Assembly: GCA_033762115.1 (NCBI GenBank) | Contig: JANRLX010000005.1 | Span: 1 to 15,263 of the forward strand | DNA from: Verrucomicrobiota bacterium | Lineage (GTDB): Bacteria; Verrucomicrobiota; Verrucomicrobiia; Limisphaerales; SXQI01 | Reading direction: 5' to 3' | DNA: 15,263 bases | Notes under the pieces: generated by a model | Told to the model about the DNA's origin: nothing | Seen by the model: the letters and a program-made list of their open reading frames with translations, nothing else | The model's database searches: none | Translations under genes and position numbers: made by a program | In this document: in pieces, positions 14,814 through 15,263 of the stretch | How positions within the stretch are numbered: position 1 is the stretch's first letter | Layout of the letters: every line of letters starts with the position of its first letter

Positions 14814-15263
14814 TTATTGTGGGGTCACTGGCGCGGGCATTTCCTTTCCCATTCGTAAATATTGCCAGATCGCTTCACGTGTTTTCTCTCCATCACCCTC
14901 ATAAATATCCGTTAACGGGCTCTTCCCCTGTTCGTCAAAATAAACGGGCATCTTCGAGGTGGGATCAATGGCGATTGGATTCAGCAGCCAGCGATGGTAA
15001 AACGGTTTAAGCAATCGTTCCCCGCTGTAGGCCAGGTTGATTCCAGCGCTTTCAAACACCTGGGTCGCCCCGAAATCTCCCACTGCATGGCAGGCCACAC
15101 ATGAAAATCCGCCATCGGCTGAAACGAGTTTTTGCCCGATCTTTGCCGCTTCCCTGTCAATCGCTCCCTCCTCTGGAGTGGACGCTGGATACCCGTGCAA
15201 TTTTGCCAATCCTTTGGCCATCGGCGCTGCATACTTTGGAAATGCAGGCATTTGCGCTTCAAT
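14814..15263 (-). CDS. C-terminal part of a cytochrome c domain protein (probably 5'-truncated by the window edge)
   Basis: The reading frame stays open to the window end (IEAQMPAF...). Heme-binding CVACH, then GINL, WLLNP--IDP-SKMP (likely distal Met). The upstream MPAF resembles the end of a preceding cytochrome c domain. Confidence 0.8.
   Translation of the reverse strand: MEAQMPAFPKYAAPMAKGLAKLHGYPASTPEEGAIDREAAKIGQKLVSADGGFSCVACHAVGDFGATQVFESAGINLAYSGERLLKPFYHRWLLNPIAIDPTSKMPVYFDEQGKSPLTDIYEGDGEKTREAIWQYLRMGKEMPAPVTPQ

Overview
A 15.3-kb, gene-dense chromosomal stretch. The gene content and protein style suggest a Verrucomicrobiota (Pedosphaera/Limisphaerales-like) bacterium, which is my inference. 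It carries tRNA-Val(CAC), glnB (P-II), a secreted GH32, polA, ispF, a PuuD-like class I glutamine amidotransferase, a sigma54-dependent NtrC-family response regulator and a low-GC 707-aa repeat (beta-propeller-like) exported protein. It also has a DUF151-holA-STAS operon, a cytochrome c (partial)-DUF1080-rfaE2 operon and four small hypothetical proteins. I see no transposase, integrase, CRISPR array or recognisable defence system, and nothing that clearly amounts to a new multi-gene system. The main second-look signals are: (1) -10 boxes placed 6-9 nt before the ATG of most transcription-unit-leading genes, suggesting pervasive leaderless mRNAs; (2) a complete-looking sigma54 promoter (inverted repeat, IHF-like site, -24/-12) in front of an unknown secreted protein; (3) a steep C-over-G strand skew at the left end that fades within about 2 kb, next to a thrice-repeated AATTCCCAC motif; (4) a Pol I with all three proofreading motifs degenerate; and (5) the low-GC repeat protein with a putative C-terminal sorting domain.
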